This document shows positions 24,401-39,400 of a DNA stretch of 64,000 nucleotides, piece by piece. This DNA is from Acanthaster planci (Eukaryota), in the NCBI RefSeq assembly GCF_001949145.1, contig NW_019091360.1, positions 2,229,599 to 2,293,598 on the forward strand, written 5' to 3'. Position 1 is the first letter of the stretch. Each line of letters starts with the position of its first letter. A model generated the notes under the pieces. The model was given only the letters and a program-made list of their open reading frames with translations. It was not told where the DNA came from and did no database searches. Both the position numbers and the translations under genes were made by a program.

Positions 24401-27400
24401 ATCCCTTACATAAAAACTGACAGAAAAAAAGCCAGAATGACAGGGAATGCCACTCATACTTGTCTCATTCTGTAATAACGTCTGCCCTTGTGCTAGTCTG
24501 GTAATTTCATTATTCCCTGCAGCAACTTCAATTCAATTTCATTTGCGCATTTCAAACCTTTACCCTTGCTGAAATATCATTAACTGCACAGCGTGCACGA
24601 ATAGACTCAATTAGCCATCTAAAGGTCCTCCGGTTGTTGTTCCCATGACAAGGGCAATCAAACCTACTACACAGTACAAACCCGTCTTTGGTCTGGGATT
24701 CTGTGTAATTAAATGTTTATATTCCTTTTTTTTTAAATTTTGCTCACTGTGCCATGAAAGATCATAAATGAACACTTGAGACAACAAAATGATCCTCATT
24801 TGTCACATAAGATGAAAGTATTATTTCAATGCCTGTTCATGTCATTTCTTTAATTAACTATCAAAGGCCAAATTTTCAGGACAAAGAATTTAAAAGGGCA
24901 GCTTTAGATATCCTTTATTTTTAATTCACATTCTATTTGAACACACAATTAAATCCCTCCTATCTCTACTGCACATCAACACAAAGAACCAGATAAAAGA
25001 AAAAGACAGCAAACTCTACAGGCATGCAAACATACGATGTACTGTACTGAGGGATGCACTACTGGTATCATGCTGTTGCATTTGAAAGACTGGACATGAA
25101 AGCATGATCCAAATGACAGTTTTTCTCTGAAACACACCTCTGCTATCACTAATGGAATGACAACTTCACTGCCCACTCATTATACACAACAGTCGCTTGT
25201 GTTAATAAACACTTGAAATTAAACGTTCCAGTAAAAAAAAAATCAACAGTCCCACCCACTCTAATTTCTTATTTCCATTACAGAATGTAACAGAATCGTG
25301 ATAGCTATTCAAAATAAAAGGCAGATTACAGGAAGCATGGTGTACCGATGCATGTGCACATCAGCGTTAATGTCCCTTTTCACTTCACATTTGGTGTGCA
25401 CAGCTGCTTCCCGATCACACGTTTCCCAAACTGCCCTCGCACGTGCACCAAGTTCCTCCTTTGGGTCGCCACAACAACAGAACCAAACAGGTTCCATGGA
25501 AACCGTTGTTTACAGAGGCCGCCGGTCTCGTTCAAGGAAATGAAATCCATAACCAGAGGGGTACAGTTTCCTCCCTTGACAACACTGAATACCTGCCCTT
25601 CTGCGTCAGAGCGTGCTTAGCCAATTACCACATTCATTGGGAGAAAACTGAGCCTTCCTGAGCAGGTTAAATGTAATAAATACCTCAGATCATAAATGAT
25701 CATTCTAAAAACTCAGCAGTAGAGATCCACAATTTCTTTAGGGTGCACCCGTGAAACAGCGTGTCTGTACTTTCCAAGACGATAATGAAATGCATCGCTA
25801 TCTCTATGTTCAACAGTCATGCAATTTCAGCTGCATCCGGCCAGCACGGTCTGTTAAGGACTTAATTCCCAGAACGCTCTCGACAGGAATAGAGGCCACT
25901 TACCTGTGCTTCCCTCCAACTCTTGCAAAGAAAGTTGAATGGCCCTCTGGAAATCCTCATCATAGGAACTTGACATGCTGCTGTCAACTATCAAAACCAA
26001 TTGAAACGGTGAACAACATTGAGGAAAAGCAAAGACCCTATGAAGTGTCTTTTTACCCATCAAGATCTCAACCAGTGGAACCAATATCTGTGCAATCAGA
26101 AGTGGTGCATCTTCCAGAAAGGCTTGAGTTCCAGTGCCAAATTTCGCCACTGTTTTCACAGTGAGACAATGTTTATGTGGTGAGGCGGTGAAATCTGCCG
26201 GCGAAAAATGCAACCAATTGGACAACTGATTTTGAGATCTTTGAGTGCTCCCTCCAATGGGAAAACTTTCCTTTTCTTTTTGGAATGCATTGGTGCATTC
26301 AATCTGCTTTAAAGACCACAACAATGTTAAAGTGAAAATGTGAAGAATGTGGAAGTTGAACAGTGGAACTGCTCTAGGCCAAAAGAAGACGTTTATGAGG
26401 GAAACTATTGTTTCTGTGATTTTGTTTGTAATCCAAACCTTACGATTACTAGCCCCCTTCCACAATCTTGAATCTAAAGTAACCATTTGGAAAATGAATA
26501 TCTACGAACACACCACCAAAAAAAAAAATTAGTTCTGAAGTAACTATTACTTATCGTCACTTATACTCCAAGCAATGGCTCATTACACTGCTTCAAGAGG
26601 ATAACATCGGGCAGACTAGGGTCTGAATGGTGACAATGCCTCTGCGCTGCTTGTGGGCCAATTAAACACCATGCGGAGCGAGCAGTAGAGCTCTACTCAG
26701 CTGCACAATGCAATCCCCCAAGTCCAAAAGAAAACCAAGCTGTTGATTTATGTGTTGGAATCGCCATCCAGGGCAAGGGATACGCTCGAAAGGAAGACGA
26801 CATGTTAAGCACACGTCCGCCGTACTGTTTATTGCCTGGGCAAGGTTTGCAATATCCAGACTATCAGGGGAATCTTCCCTTGATCAGGAGGTTGTGTAGC
26901 AGGTGAACCTTCAAAGTTGTGAAGGATTTGGGGCCAAATTGGCAGCACATGTAATTAACAATTTAAAATGGAACAAATGCGCCATTCTACATTTAATTTA
27001 TAATGAGGGGGGCAGGGAGGCATCAGTTGAATGATTTAAGGGAAGAACACACCTCTAAAACCTGTCCCCTCTGATTGGATAAAGCAAAGTTTCCCCTTAC
27101 CTGATTGGCTAGTCTGAGCTAGTGTGTTCTGACTGTTTGCCTTGACAGCGTTGCTGCTAGTTACTTGTGTGGCTGCTCCATTACTTATTCTGCAAACAAA
27201 TAAAAGAGCCGAGTTCAAAACCCCATTAACTGCATGGAAATCAAATGTTTTGGAACTGGATTATTTACTATTACAATAAGACAGGACTTCATAAACAGAG
27301 ATTGTAAAGGACTGTTTCAGTGGAGGAACTTGGGTGAAAATGCAATCTGCTATTTCCAAGTTACTGACAGTCTCCACTTTTCAGATTCAACCTACCAACA

Positions 27401-30400
27401 CTTTACAATCCACAATGTACATGCACGTGAACCTCAGCAGCATGCCTTTTTCCATGCATGTCCTGATATCTCACATAATTTCAACTTCACAAATCGGTGT
27501 CGACTTGTAACACTAACCTACACCTGCCGCAATGACACCGTTTTGAAACCAGTACAGAATTTGCTCCAACCTAATCAAGATTTCACATTTGGAAGAAAAC
27601 CAACAGAGGAGCAAGCCAAAATCACAGCCTCTGATAACTATGTCCTCTTTGCGGACTTCGGGAAGGAGATAGCAAGGAATTTTTATACCCTGGTGGCTAA
27701 ATGTTGACTGCAAAAGCAAGTGGGTTAGTATTCGCCCACCTCCTAAATTCCCCCTTTTCAACCTGAGGCTGACTGCACAGGCTGTAATAACACTAAGAGA
27801 ACTGTAGCTTTAGATATGTCGTCCACTTCACATCAGGGATCAGTACCCAATTTGGCAGAGGCCTAAGTGAGACTGACAAGATCAAGACAGGCCTTACTTC
27901 TCCACTCTACGGGTGCCTTCCAGACTCACTGTACAAGACATTCCGATCACAGTGCTACGCAGCCCTTCTAAATTTTCTCTGATATAATAAGTTGAGTGCC
28001 TGGTTTCAATCTTTTAATATCCAAAAAATGCAAATTCAAACATAGTTTTTTGTAAAAACAGAGGACAGCTTTTTCCGATTCAGTTCAAAAGCATAGAAAC
28101 ATTGTTTCTGAACCCCAAAAGATACTTCAAAAACAGTCTTTGGTGCAATTTATTACACAGCATGTAACGGCAACAGTATAGCACTAAGCGCTCTGCATGG
28201 GAACTACATGGGGACAAGGTACTACATATATGATTAGCATCAGGATTATAACAGTAATCAGGGCTCCAGGGAAATAATTATGTATCTGGTCATCTGCAAC
28301 AATCTGTCATGAGTCTATGTACAAGTAGCACATAATGCCAGCATTCATCTTCAGGTTCAGTAACATAAAAATGACTGAGGAAGTTTAATCCCTCCTTGGA
28401 TGCAATACTAGTCTGTCCCTAATTGCTCCCTAGCTAAAGCTGGTACCGTTCTATACATACTCCTGAACAGAAATAAGTTGGAGTGAAGTGGCTTGCCCAA
28501 GGACATAACATATGGAGAGCAGCTGGGTTCTAACCCCTGCACCTTCTGACCACAAATCATGAGCCCTTATCACCAGGCCACACTCTCTCGAAGGCCATAA
28601 AAAGCAAAAACTTTAACAGAAACCTGACTGAATTTTGCTGGAAAAGCAACTGAATGAGTTCATAAAAATATCAGGACAACACTCCTCACGAGGTGTCTTC
28701 CGCCACCTAGTCTAAAGAGCATTTATTCCCATCAAGAGCGGCTTTTCATGGAATCTGTCTGAACTGTCACACCAACCCTGCAAAATCACGAATCATATTA
28801 GAAACAAGTGTGCATGTGATGATCATATTTGGCACACTACTTGGTGTGGTGTGTCAGTGTTCCAATCATTTTAATGATTGGACAGGTTTGCTGGAATTAA
28901 TTTCTCATCCGGTAGAAGGATAATCCTATTGCCATCAGTGCAAACTAAATTGTGTAGTTTGATTTTTCACTCCACTGCTTGATTTGATCAAGTGAATGTA
29001 ACCAAAGTCTTTTACAGATCTTCTTCTGTATCTTAAGCGCATCACTGTGCAGTTATGTACATATTTACAGATCTGCATTTCACAAGGCATGAAAATGTTT
29101 TCTCTCTAGTAAAGGCGTGATCTTTTTTCACCATTGTAGGAAATGTTTTCACATGTTGCAACATGAAAATAAATTCCTTGGAAGAGAAAACGTGAGAAGA
29201 GAAAACGTGAGAAGAGAATTTCCTACTCCAAGGTTAACATTTATTCCAGGTACTGAAACAAAAAATAACTAGACAACTAGAAATGTTGAGCTCAGAAGTG
29301 ACAAAAGATCTGACATTTTCTACGTTCAAGAACAACTGCCATGTTACAGGGATGCCCGCCAAAAACTTGTCTAGAGCTTGAAATGAAGGCCAGGGAGGCC
29401 AAACTATACCTTGTGCGGGCCTGATATTTGCCCAACATTTCAAGTGAAAAAGTCTGAAATCAGGCTTTTGTCAGAAAATTGGCATCCCTGTCATGTTAAG
29501 AATTTCTTTCAGGGGTTTTATCCTCCAAGGCCTGCCTTACAAATCTGATTTCACAGCAGTATACTTTTTTCACTCTTTGAACAGCAGGAGAAAACATCTT
29601 GTAGACTGTGGAGAGAAAAGGCCTTTCAATTCAAGATACACAAAAGAGCATCATCTATAAGTGCCACAACTGAAGACACTTTATGAAATTAGTGGTGCCC
29701 AGAACATGATGACGACATCTCATGTCCTTGAATGAGAGAAGAGAAGAAAAGAAAAAAGCATAGAAAAACAACTTATAGTGATCAATATTCTCTAAAAGCA
29801 AGAGTGAAAACTCATTCTCAAAATGAGTGAGTCCCTCATAAATTCACTTGAAAGTGTGAAAAATCACTTCAAAAGAGTTCAAACCAGTCCCAAGGAAAGC
29901 AAATCACTCTTTAAGAAGAGCCATATGAAAATACAATCCTCTTTTTCAAGTTGTCCTTTACATGGCTCCTTACAGGAGCGGAAAGTTCACTCTGATTGAG
30001 TGGTTTCACTCATTTGCACTTTGAGAGAAGTCAGGCTTCAAGTACATGTGCCTATAATCAGAGATCAGAGAATTTAGATCCAATTTTCTGTTCTGACAGG
30101 ACTGGCCTTTTGTGTGGGAGTGTGCGCTGGCATTGGCTGGTTGGAGCTGACATTTTTTGTGTCTCTCGTCGAGGGAAATATCTGCTGGGTTTCTTTTATT
30201 TCACAAACATCTGGGAGCTCCCTTCTCACTTTTTTTTACTGATATCAGAAAATTGCTGTTTTGTGGCCCATGGTAAGAGAACCATCAGGTTGATGAGCAC
30301 AGTTATTATACACTGTATGCACGCACATGCAGGTCCGCGGTGCCAAGGGCTGGGTTTTCTCAGGAAATGCAAGCTCAGAGTGAGAGAGATAATGCAAGGT

Positions 30401-33400
30401 TTCTAGTAGGGTCAGCTTCACAGATGTTTTTGTATTTTGGGGGTGGGGCTTGCAGGACAGGGAAGGCAAACAGAGGTGGACTAGATGTAAGGAGGAGGCA
30501 CTCCTATCTACTGATCCTTGTAAATTTCAACATCCTACTTGTGTAGAAACTATTATTATTTCCAAAGATCTAATGTAATACCCAGTATATCCAAAGTTGT
30601 CTCTTTCCAACAAGCAAGCAATATCACAAACTCCCATCACACAATTTGTACATAAGCATGTAAATGTGCTCAGATTTCATATGATGCAAGCCTCAATTTT
30701 TTCCAGATAGCCGTACGAAGGAAGAAGCAGGTTGAACTCTCTTTGGTTGAAAACCCACATGCATGACACCTGTTCATCCCAAAAAGGGAACTGTCTTGAA
30801 TAAAGGCAATTAAGAAAATTGTTCATTTTCTGAAAAGACCCAGGGCTGGGGTTTGCCCAGAGAGGGGAAACCAGACTACATGTAGGATGGTTGTTTGCAC
30901 AAGCATACGGTGCATGCGACTTGAGCTGACTGCAATTGCATGGAGTGTCGATCTATAAAAAGATAAGGTAAAAATGAAAACTGCCAAAAGTGTAACTGCG
31001 TCACCTGTCCCTACTTGGGCATGCAGAAATCAGCACCTGCTCCAATAAAATGACACATCAGAGCCAACATCAGAGCTAAAGTACACACAAAGGCAGCAGC
31101 TGGAGCACTTTTACTGATGGACGGTGGTGTCAAACCACACATGAAACAAAAGCAAAATCATCCCTGACTTCCAAAATGTAATGAATGTTTAGCATGCAAA
31201 GCTGGTGGATGCCACAAAATGCCTCAATGTTGCCATAGCGCTTCTTGCACGCACAGTTATCATTTCTGTTCATTTCTGCACTCTTTGTTCATTGAATTAA
31301 AATAGACAGAGTCAGAAGATGAATATTGCAAAAGTGCTGCACAGACTGCTGTGTTCAGGAAAATGGTCAAGAACCAGTAGCTGGTATGTCACTTCCACCA
31401 TTATTTGTGATGCACACCTGAATAATCCTGTGCTAACAATCATGCACACACGTACACAGATGCATGTGAAATTGTCCAGTGATCGTGTGGTACTGTCTCA
31501 ATGACAGTATCATTTTTGGGGGGGGTAAAATTAGCCAACTCTCCGTGTCTGAAAATTATTGCAGCACTTATTTTATTTGGCGAGAGGCTCCGTCTCTGAT
31601 TGTTTGAGCTCATTAATCTATTCCTCATTTGCAGTTTGGCGAGGGACAGGTATTGATCAAACAGTGGTTGAGCTCTGTAACTACCTGTATCAACAGGAAA
31701 CCTCAGGTAAAGCGGAAAAAGCTAAGCAGATGGTCTCCAAGTGCAATCAATGTCCAGAGTCTTTACGATAAATCATCAACAGGGGGCCAGAAGTATTTCG
31801 TTGGCATGGCTACAGCCACAGTCCACTGATTTACACATTTCACATTTCAGATCAGATTTGTTTTTTCCACCCTTTTTATTCACAGGAAAGAGAGAAAAAA
31901 CAGAATTCAAATTTGTATGGAGTGCTGGATCTTCAATTAATTGTCCACTTCAACTGCACCCAGTCATTTTCATGGGGGGCAATGAGAAGAGGCCAGATCT
32001 CACTGACTAAAGCTCCTCCAAAACTGATTAATTTTTTTTGGGGGGGGGAGGGAAGTGCTAGATTCTCTCGTTGAAACAAAAACCAGAGAGTCTGCCTTTC
32101 ATATTCGTGTCACACTTTGAAAAGTATGGCTTATGAAAACAATTCAGGACACATGTTCAATGTTGAAAGGATAACACATACGTAACAAGAAACACATTTA
32201 CATGGGCAATTGAGAAGCACAGAAAAGTAGTTACGCTACACTTAAAAAAATTGAGGAATAGATCATCTCGACGATGCATCATATTGCTGTACATGTACAT
32301 CTTCCTGAATATCGGGCAATTTTTGACTATGTACACCTGCTTGCAGACGCAATGTTTTGACCTTTTCAGGAAGCATGTATCTCTAATCCTGTAGATGCCG
32401 TTATCTACGTACGTACATGTACATGTAGCCAACACACAAAATCTTAAATCTTGAGTCAGACATTCACCATTCTTGCTCCAAGGAATCTCACAAAAGAGTC
32501 AATACGTAGGCGGGGGTGGTCACTGTACGCAGGGCCAATTACATTCCAGGCTGCCTCAAGGAAGGATCCTAAATCGTGCATAAAATTAACATGTGAGGCC
32601 TAACTCTCAAAGTACATCTACCTAGAGTGTTTGAGTTATACTTGAGCACACTCCTGAGGAATTTTCAGCACTAAAGGCCGGTTCATACACGTTCTTTAGA
32701 TGAACATGAAAGTGACACAAACTTGACGCCACAAAAGATTGGTAGCAAAATGTTGAAATGTGCTCAACTCTTATTTGCAGTGGGGAAATTTTGCTCCGAC
32801 ATCACAAATACGCACTTGTGTTCCCTTTTGCGGCAAGTATGAACCTGCCTTCATTTGATCAGTTTTCTCATCCCTGTAAAATGAGGTCCAATGCGAACAG
32901 TGTGAGTTCCTCTGGATCTGGGGAAGATACAAACCTGCAGATCAGGGTGAATGACAGCATGCCAACATATCCGTCAGGCATATAAGTCCTGATACTACAC
33001 CGTGTTTGTTGAGATCTCTAACTCTTTACATCTCTGATGTTTCTGCACTGACTGCGACATCATCAGTCCATAACGAACTGATCATGGTAGCACGCAGGCA
33101 GAAGTTGTCGCAAGAGTGGCTTGAGTGCAGTGCAAACTCGACCCTGCCTCTTTCTGAGTGCACTGTTTCCTGTCAAGACGTTGACTGGTGTCCAATACAT
33201 CAGGTACCGTTATCGTCATCTCATTTTGGCATTGAAACGGAATGAAGGGGGTATTTTCATGGGCACAGAATGAAAAAATGAATGAATGAATAAAACCGTT
33301 TATTTGGACAGCAGTGGTTGAAGGGGTTTTCGTTTATAATAACGGGAGGAAAATCCATGGAAATCCTTTGATGGAATAATGACTGACAGGAAAAGACTCA

Positions 33401-36400
33401 ATGTAGGCCTACTCCCCTCCCCCACAAAACCACAGAAGTTTGGCATTTTAATGGTGCCATTTCTTCAGCTCTTAAATCTGGAAGAATCAATCTAAATACA
33501 TGTATTTGTTTTGCCTTTGTTCATTAAATTCCTGTCAGACTGTCTCAACCAGAGCCAGCATATTTGTCATAAGAACCCCATCCTAGCAATTATTTTTACA
33601 ACAGATTCAAGTACTTGGAGGTACAGTTCTTCATTTGGAGTGATTAAAAAACTGACAAAATTATTGTTGAAAAGCATACTCGTATATACTGTAGATACCT
33701 AAATGTATATGGAACTAAACTCCCTAGGAAAGTATTCTTTCTGGAAAGCAATCATTTAAAAAAAAAAGAAAAAGGGAAGGCCACTTCCAACGATGTGTCT
33801 AAAGACACATTTCTGGAACACTGTCGTCAGCAGTTCATTTTTAATTTGGTGAAAGTGCTGGCTAGTGTTGATAGGCTGCACACGGGCGTGCATTCATTAT
33901 AATTTATCAGTTAAGTGCGCACCACAGTGTAGCTACAATCGGCTGAATGAGAACACGTCCCAGATGCTGACGTGGGGCACAATTCAAAAAAGACTCGGCC
34001 AAGTTTTGATTTGAAATCAATATCTTAAAACATTGTTTGTTTCAAAATATTCAGTACAGTATTCACTGAGTTAAACTCCATAGGGACAGTTGTTAGGCAT
34101 CCTTCTTTGCATTTTGAACACGTCTTTAATTTGTTCCCTCGTACGAACAAAATGCACAAATTCCAAAAGTGAACAGGACACATACCTGTAACTATAAACC
34201 AGCAAATGTCTGCATATGATGAAAAGCTCATCTTTTTCAATTCCAGTTAGGTCTCGCTTGCAACCTTCTAACTGTAGCTTTCATATTTCCCCACACATCC
34301 TTGGAGATCCATCAACAAGGAGCATTTGGAGGTCAAAGACCTCCGTAATCACATCAGGATGACTCTACCGAAATGTCATGCCCGTCGCCGTGGTGAAAGT
34401 GCAGCTCTTATAAACTGAACGTCAGTTTCTTCTTGCCCACGCTTATTCCTCTGAGTGAGCACAAGGCACGAATCAGTCTGGCTGATGCATTCAATTCAGC
34501 CACACCCTTTACCCTCACTTATTCTCCACATTGAGCTCACAAGACCATATCTCTGTGTCTTTTTTTATTTAAGAAATATAATCCTCAAGAAAAAAGAGCG
34601 AAACAATCTTACATTTCTCACGTTTGGACCCATCTGTCAATCCAATGTCTATCTCATTGAACTGTATCTTCAGATGTAACAAACATCACGCATGAAGAAT
34701 ATGAAAACATTCAATGTTTTGAGAATTGATTAAAACTTGTGAAAAGTAAAAACAAGTAATGGTTTAACAGTAAACGAAAGGAAAACTCATTTTTACACTT
34801 TTTAATTTGTAAGTTTTGATGACTGGTAATATGGTGATATTCCCAATATAAAAAAGAAAAGAGAAAAACTTTTTGAAGAAATGAAAAACAATGTGAAAAA
34901 GGTTCATCTCTGCAGGAAAAAACTTGACTTTGACAGCCGTAACCCATGAAGGCACTACAAATCCAAAATGGAATTTAAAAATCATATTCCAGATTTTTAA
35001 AATGCCATAATATGGTCACCAAAACCCCAACTTTGTTGCATTTACATGTGCCTGTCAAGATTTCAGACTTATTTTTCAAAGGATTCACCACAGCCTGCTG
35101 AGAAAGCACCGGGCTGGCAAACTGTGACAAATGACTGCCAAGACAAACAGGTAGAAGAGCCCAAAGCAAACACATGTCTTAACAGCATTGATTGGTTTAC
35201 ATGCACAGTCTGTGTGTTTGTGTGTACGGAGCATGATACTACACAAACATTACCTAGGCATGAACAAGGAGAGACCAGCTGATACCAACTGGCGCACTCA
35301 CACTGCAATGTTCGTAAATTACACATCGTTAGCCCATCCCTTCCAAAAAAAGGTGAGACAATCAGCTGGGGGGGGGAATTGATCCAGGTTTCACGCTTGA
35401 GAGCCATTTGATTGAATACGCTATATGTACACATTAATTCTCACGTAAAATTCTTTCAATGCCATGCCTGATGCATCTTGGGTTTCACTGGTGGTTATAT
35501 TTGAATGCTGCCGATTCTTTCTTATCTGGAAGGAGGCCATCAGATTTTTCGGTACTCATACAACAAATGTTTTGTGTTGAAATTGACAAGTAAATGAGGC
35601 GAGGACGTCCGAGATTGATTGACATCCAGACCAGGACCAGGAGGACTGAAGCATTTGACATACATGGATGTACATGGACTGAATAATGATATGATTAAGG
35701 GCTAGGTTTTGGTAAAGCCTGCCGCATCTTTCCCATTTCATTGCTTCATTGGATTTGGATAGGGCGTACAATGACTGCTGGCCAGTTGCTAATGCAGCAG
35801 CCAGCCATCAATCATTGTATGCTACTGTCCTACATCATGGTGAAGGCTAGCGAACCGAAAGGTGGTCAGTGGGCTTTTTCTTTGATTTGACCTTGACTTA
35901 TTGCATGGTGTGGTTTCTTTTTACTTCCACGCTCACTTCAGTTTAAGTCACGAGCAATGTCTCAGACACTAGCACGGCCAAAATATCTAAAATTAAAGTC
36001 ACACAAATTCATCAACTGTCCAACGGTCACCGCACCTACAAAACAGTCAATCACTGAAATGTCTGTAGATTGTGTAGATGAAACAGCAAAGAGTATGACG
36101 AAACTGAAGGAGAAAAATGACAATAAGATTTGCATGTACATGTACGTAGGCCTATGGCTATCTGCACCGGGGGAGGGGAAGGGTACCATAAATGGATGCA
36201 TTTTTCCATTGTAAAATGTACTGTAGTGGGTACATCACTACACTGAAACTGGGCCTACACTGAACAAGTGTGTACTGAACTTAGAACTAGCCACAAAGGC
36301 ATTTTTGAACTTCATCTCCTGTTGACTGCCTGGCCACTGTTGATGGAGTCTGGGGTGCCCAAGCATGACATGCATAGAGCGGTCCACTCTCCAAACCAAA

Positions 36401-39400
36401 CCACATAATATAGGGTTACAAGATGATGTGTGGACTCGAACACATGTTTTTCCTCCCTGAAGAAAACAGGTTCAGAGGCATTTTGGGGGTTAGGGTTATT
36501 GGTGGCTTGAGGAAGGGGCACGGTCTGGGAAATCCGCATCTCAAAATCCGCTCACAGGAGTCATCACAGTGGAAGAAAACGGAACATTTTCCCTGAGTTA
36601 TCCTAACCACAAACAAAGAAAGTAATGTCCATACGAGGAATGTGAAACAAGTACGTGTGTGCATGCAGTGCCAACTTCCACCCCAGCCCCCCAAAGTTGC
36701 TTTACATGTAGTTTCAGCTTGTACCTCTCCAAAAAAGGCGAAATTGAATTCCGTCCCTCCAACCACCCCCGCTCCTCCCCCAAGATTCGGAAGTCTAACA
36801 TATTTACCTCAGTAATGGGTCTGTGTTGACTGCCGCAAGCACGCGCAAGTATTTGAAGTGATTTGGCAGAGGGGTTTACTAGGAAATGCAAGTGTTTGTG
36901 AACCAGTGCCAGCAATATTTCAATTTTTCTGCAAAGATCCTCAAAATGCTTAACGACAGAGGAGGACTTGAAAAACCTGCCATTGCTAAGCCTATTAAAC
37001 AGAGAGAGACACCACACAAGGTCTACCGGAAGCTCTTTTACGAACCCAATTATGTTTGGATCTTGTGGGATTTCAACAAGCCTGGCCATATAATGCGTTC
37101 TGCAAAACAAAATAATTTACAGTTCTTGTCAGCACTGTGACAAAAAAAAAATTCTTGGAATCGCAGCTAACCACAGCGATCCCACCTCCAGCAACCACCA
37201 TGGTGGTGCATGTGGGTTGGCCACCATCTGTCTCTGTGCAGTCGGTGCCCAGCTGGGGAAAAATAGCTTAATTGGCTTTCACAATGGGCCGAGCAGCAGA
37301 CAATTACCAGGTACTCATCCATTCAAAATGAGACTGGAAATCCCTTAACGTCAGTGACGCTGTCAGTCTCCTGACAGCGTTTTGGCCCTCTTGTTAGAAA
37401 TTTGAAGCAGTGTTTTGTTCATCATTTAGCTAATTGAAGGGAGCTTGTGATGCAGTTTCCATTTTATAGAATCATTTTCGTTTTGCTCTCTTAATGATTT
37501 CAAACAATGACCTCCTCGCTTTATCAGATCGGAAGATTGGCATGCCTTGTTTTTTGTCCTCTAGGGCAATTACTTGCTTTTTGTTTTGAACTTCCTGAGG
37601 GGGCTCTTTTCTGCTTTGGCTCTGAAAGAGAAACTTCAATGACAAACACAACAAAGCTATTCTGAAATGGAAGCAAAGTTGGCAGTCCACACGCCTGTCC
37701 ACTGCTGGAAAATGGCATACCGTGAATGTCTTGACATGCTATGGAAGAGAGACAACATGGCATTTTGAACAGAAAAGCACCAACTGCTCCGTACTGTGTT
37801 ATGGTACATCATTCCAACAAACATGACTTTAACCACTTCGTGCCGGGCATTTTTCAACATTGAGGATGCTGGGCCGGCATGACTATCATTTTTTCCGTTT
37901 TCAAAATCCTTCAACAATTCATCATTCCATTTAACAGTCGTTTATAGCCGCACAGAGTAATCTTTAGGCACTACTCTAAGTTGACAGGTGACCTTCATTG
38001 ACACCCCGAATATTTCAGCCAGGCCTGCAGCCTTGTAAACAGAGCCCAGATTGTGCAGTGTTATACAACTGTCTTTTGTTCACAAACTTGGCTCAGTGCA
38101 CTGCTGACCTCTTTTCAATAGGGGCCAGATTAGCATGCAGCGGTGCTGTGTGGCTCATCGCTGCGGTGGTGGAGAGCTTTTGTCCCTGGTGCTAATCCGC
38201 TTGCTCTAAATACCCCAAACCATGGTATACAGTTTCAAAATAACTATGGATTNNNNNNNNNNNNNNNNNNNNNNNNNTGTCCGAGTTCGGAGACCCCGGC
38301 CTCACATATAAACCATACAGCTCCGATTTCGGAGTCCCCGGCTGGTAGTGGTTAACAATGTCCTACAACAATTGATATTTGTGCATGATGGCCAAACTAG
38401 GAGTGCAGCTGTCCTGTTTGAAATTTGAATCCCATTCTCAGACTCCATTTTTGACACCTCTTTAACCACTTCCTGCAGGGCAGAATTTGCATATGCGGGA
38501 AGAGTTTACGGGTGATTTTCAAAATTCTTCAAAAATTCATAACTTCAGTTACTGAACGCTTGCACCCACACAAATGACTGTCTGGTGGCTACTCTAATCT
38601 GACAGGCAACCTCCATTGATGCCCAGGTATTGCAGCCAGGCCTGTCGCCCAGTAAAGAGAGCCCACAATTATGAGGTGTTGTGTAATTTCCTTTGTTCCT
38701 GAAATTGGCCCAGTGCTTTGCTGAATGGCAGTGGTGCCTTTTCAACTGCGGCCAGATTAGCACGCAGCGATACTGCATCGCTCATTGCTGGAGTGCTAGA
38801 GCACTTTTTGTCCCTGCTGATAATCCGCGGGCGCTGAATGCCGCTAACAGTGGTATACTATTTCAAAACAATGACGGATTACCTCCGCTAATGCCAGCAC
38901 ATTCCCCAGCAGCTCGGTCTTTTGTTCCGAGTACGGTCTTTTGTTACAAGGCCCGGCTCCTTTATCCGACTTAGCGCATTCCCAGCTATGCGTACAAAGC
39001 CGCGGTCTCTGGTACCGGAAACCCTGGCACCGAGGGGTTAAAGTAGTGTCTCACTAGACAGGAAGGAAGTCATTCAGTCCTAGACAATCTGCTCAGAGAG
39101 GGAACAAAAAGGGCCATGTTTTTGAATGAAAAGGACGGTCCTTTGGCATGGACTCACTCTGTAGGCGCACAAGTGTATGCGCGTTTGGCGCGGGGCACGT
39201 TTAGTACGCGCAACAAATTTATAGTCTTCATGTGTGCTGAACGCGTGCAGGAACCCAATTGGAAAACTTCTCAAGTACTAGCCTGTGTTTCTTTCGCCAG
39301 GGAGGGTGCACTTAAACTAAGGGCAGATTATAAATAAAATTTGAATTTCAGAATTTAAATTTTTTTTCTTTTTTTTGGAGGATTTCTTAAGAAATTAGCA

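Noticed and set aside
25981..26486. N-terminal part of the 210-aa ORF
   Set aside because: Intronic sequence upstream of the exon 19 acceptor; only 25980-25904 is homologous to ANKIB1.
27234..27707. 157-aa plus-strand ORF as a nested gene
   Set aside because: No recognisable domain or partner exons; length is compatible with chance in a 64-kb window.
37351..37425. Box C/D snoRNA (ATGATGA...CTGA on minus strand)
   Set aside because: Weak terminal stem and no rRNA/snRNA guide that I can recognise.
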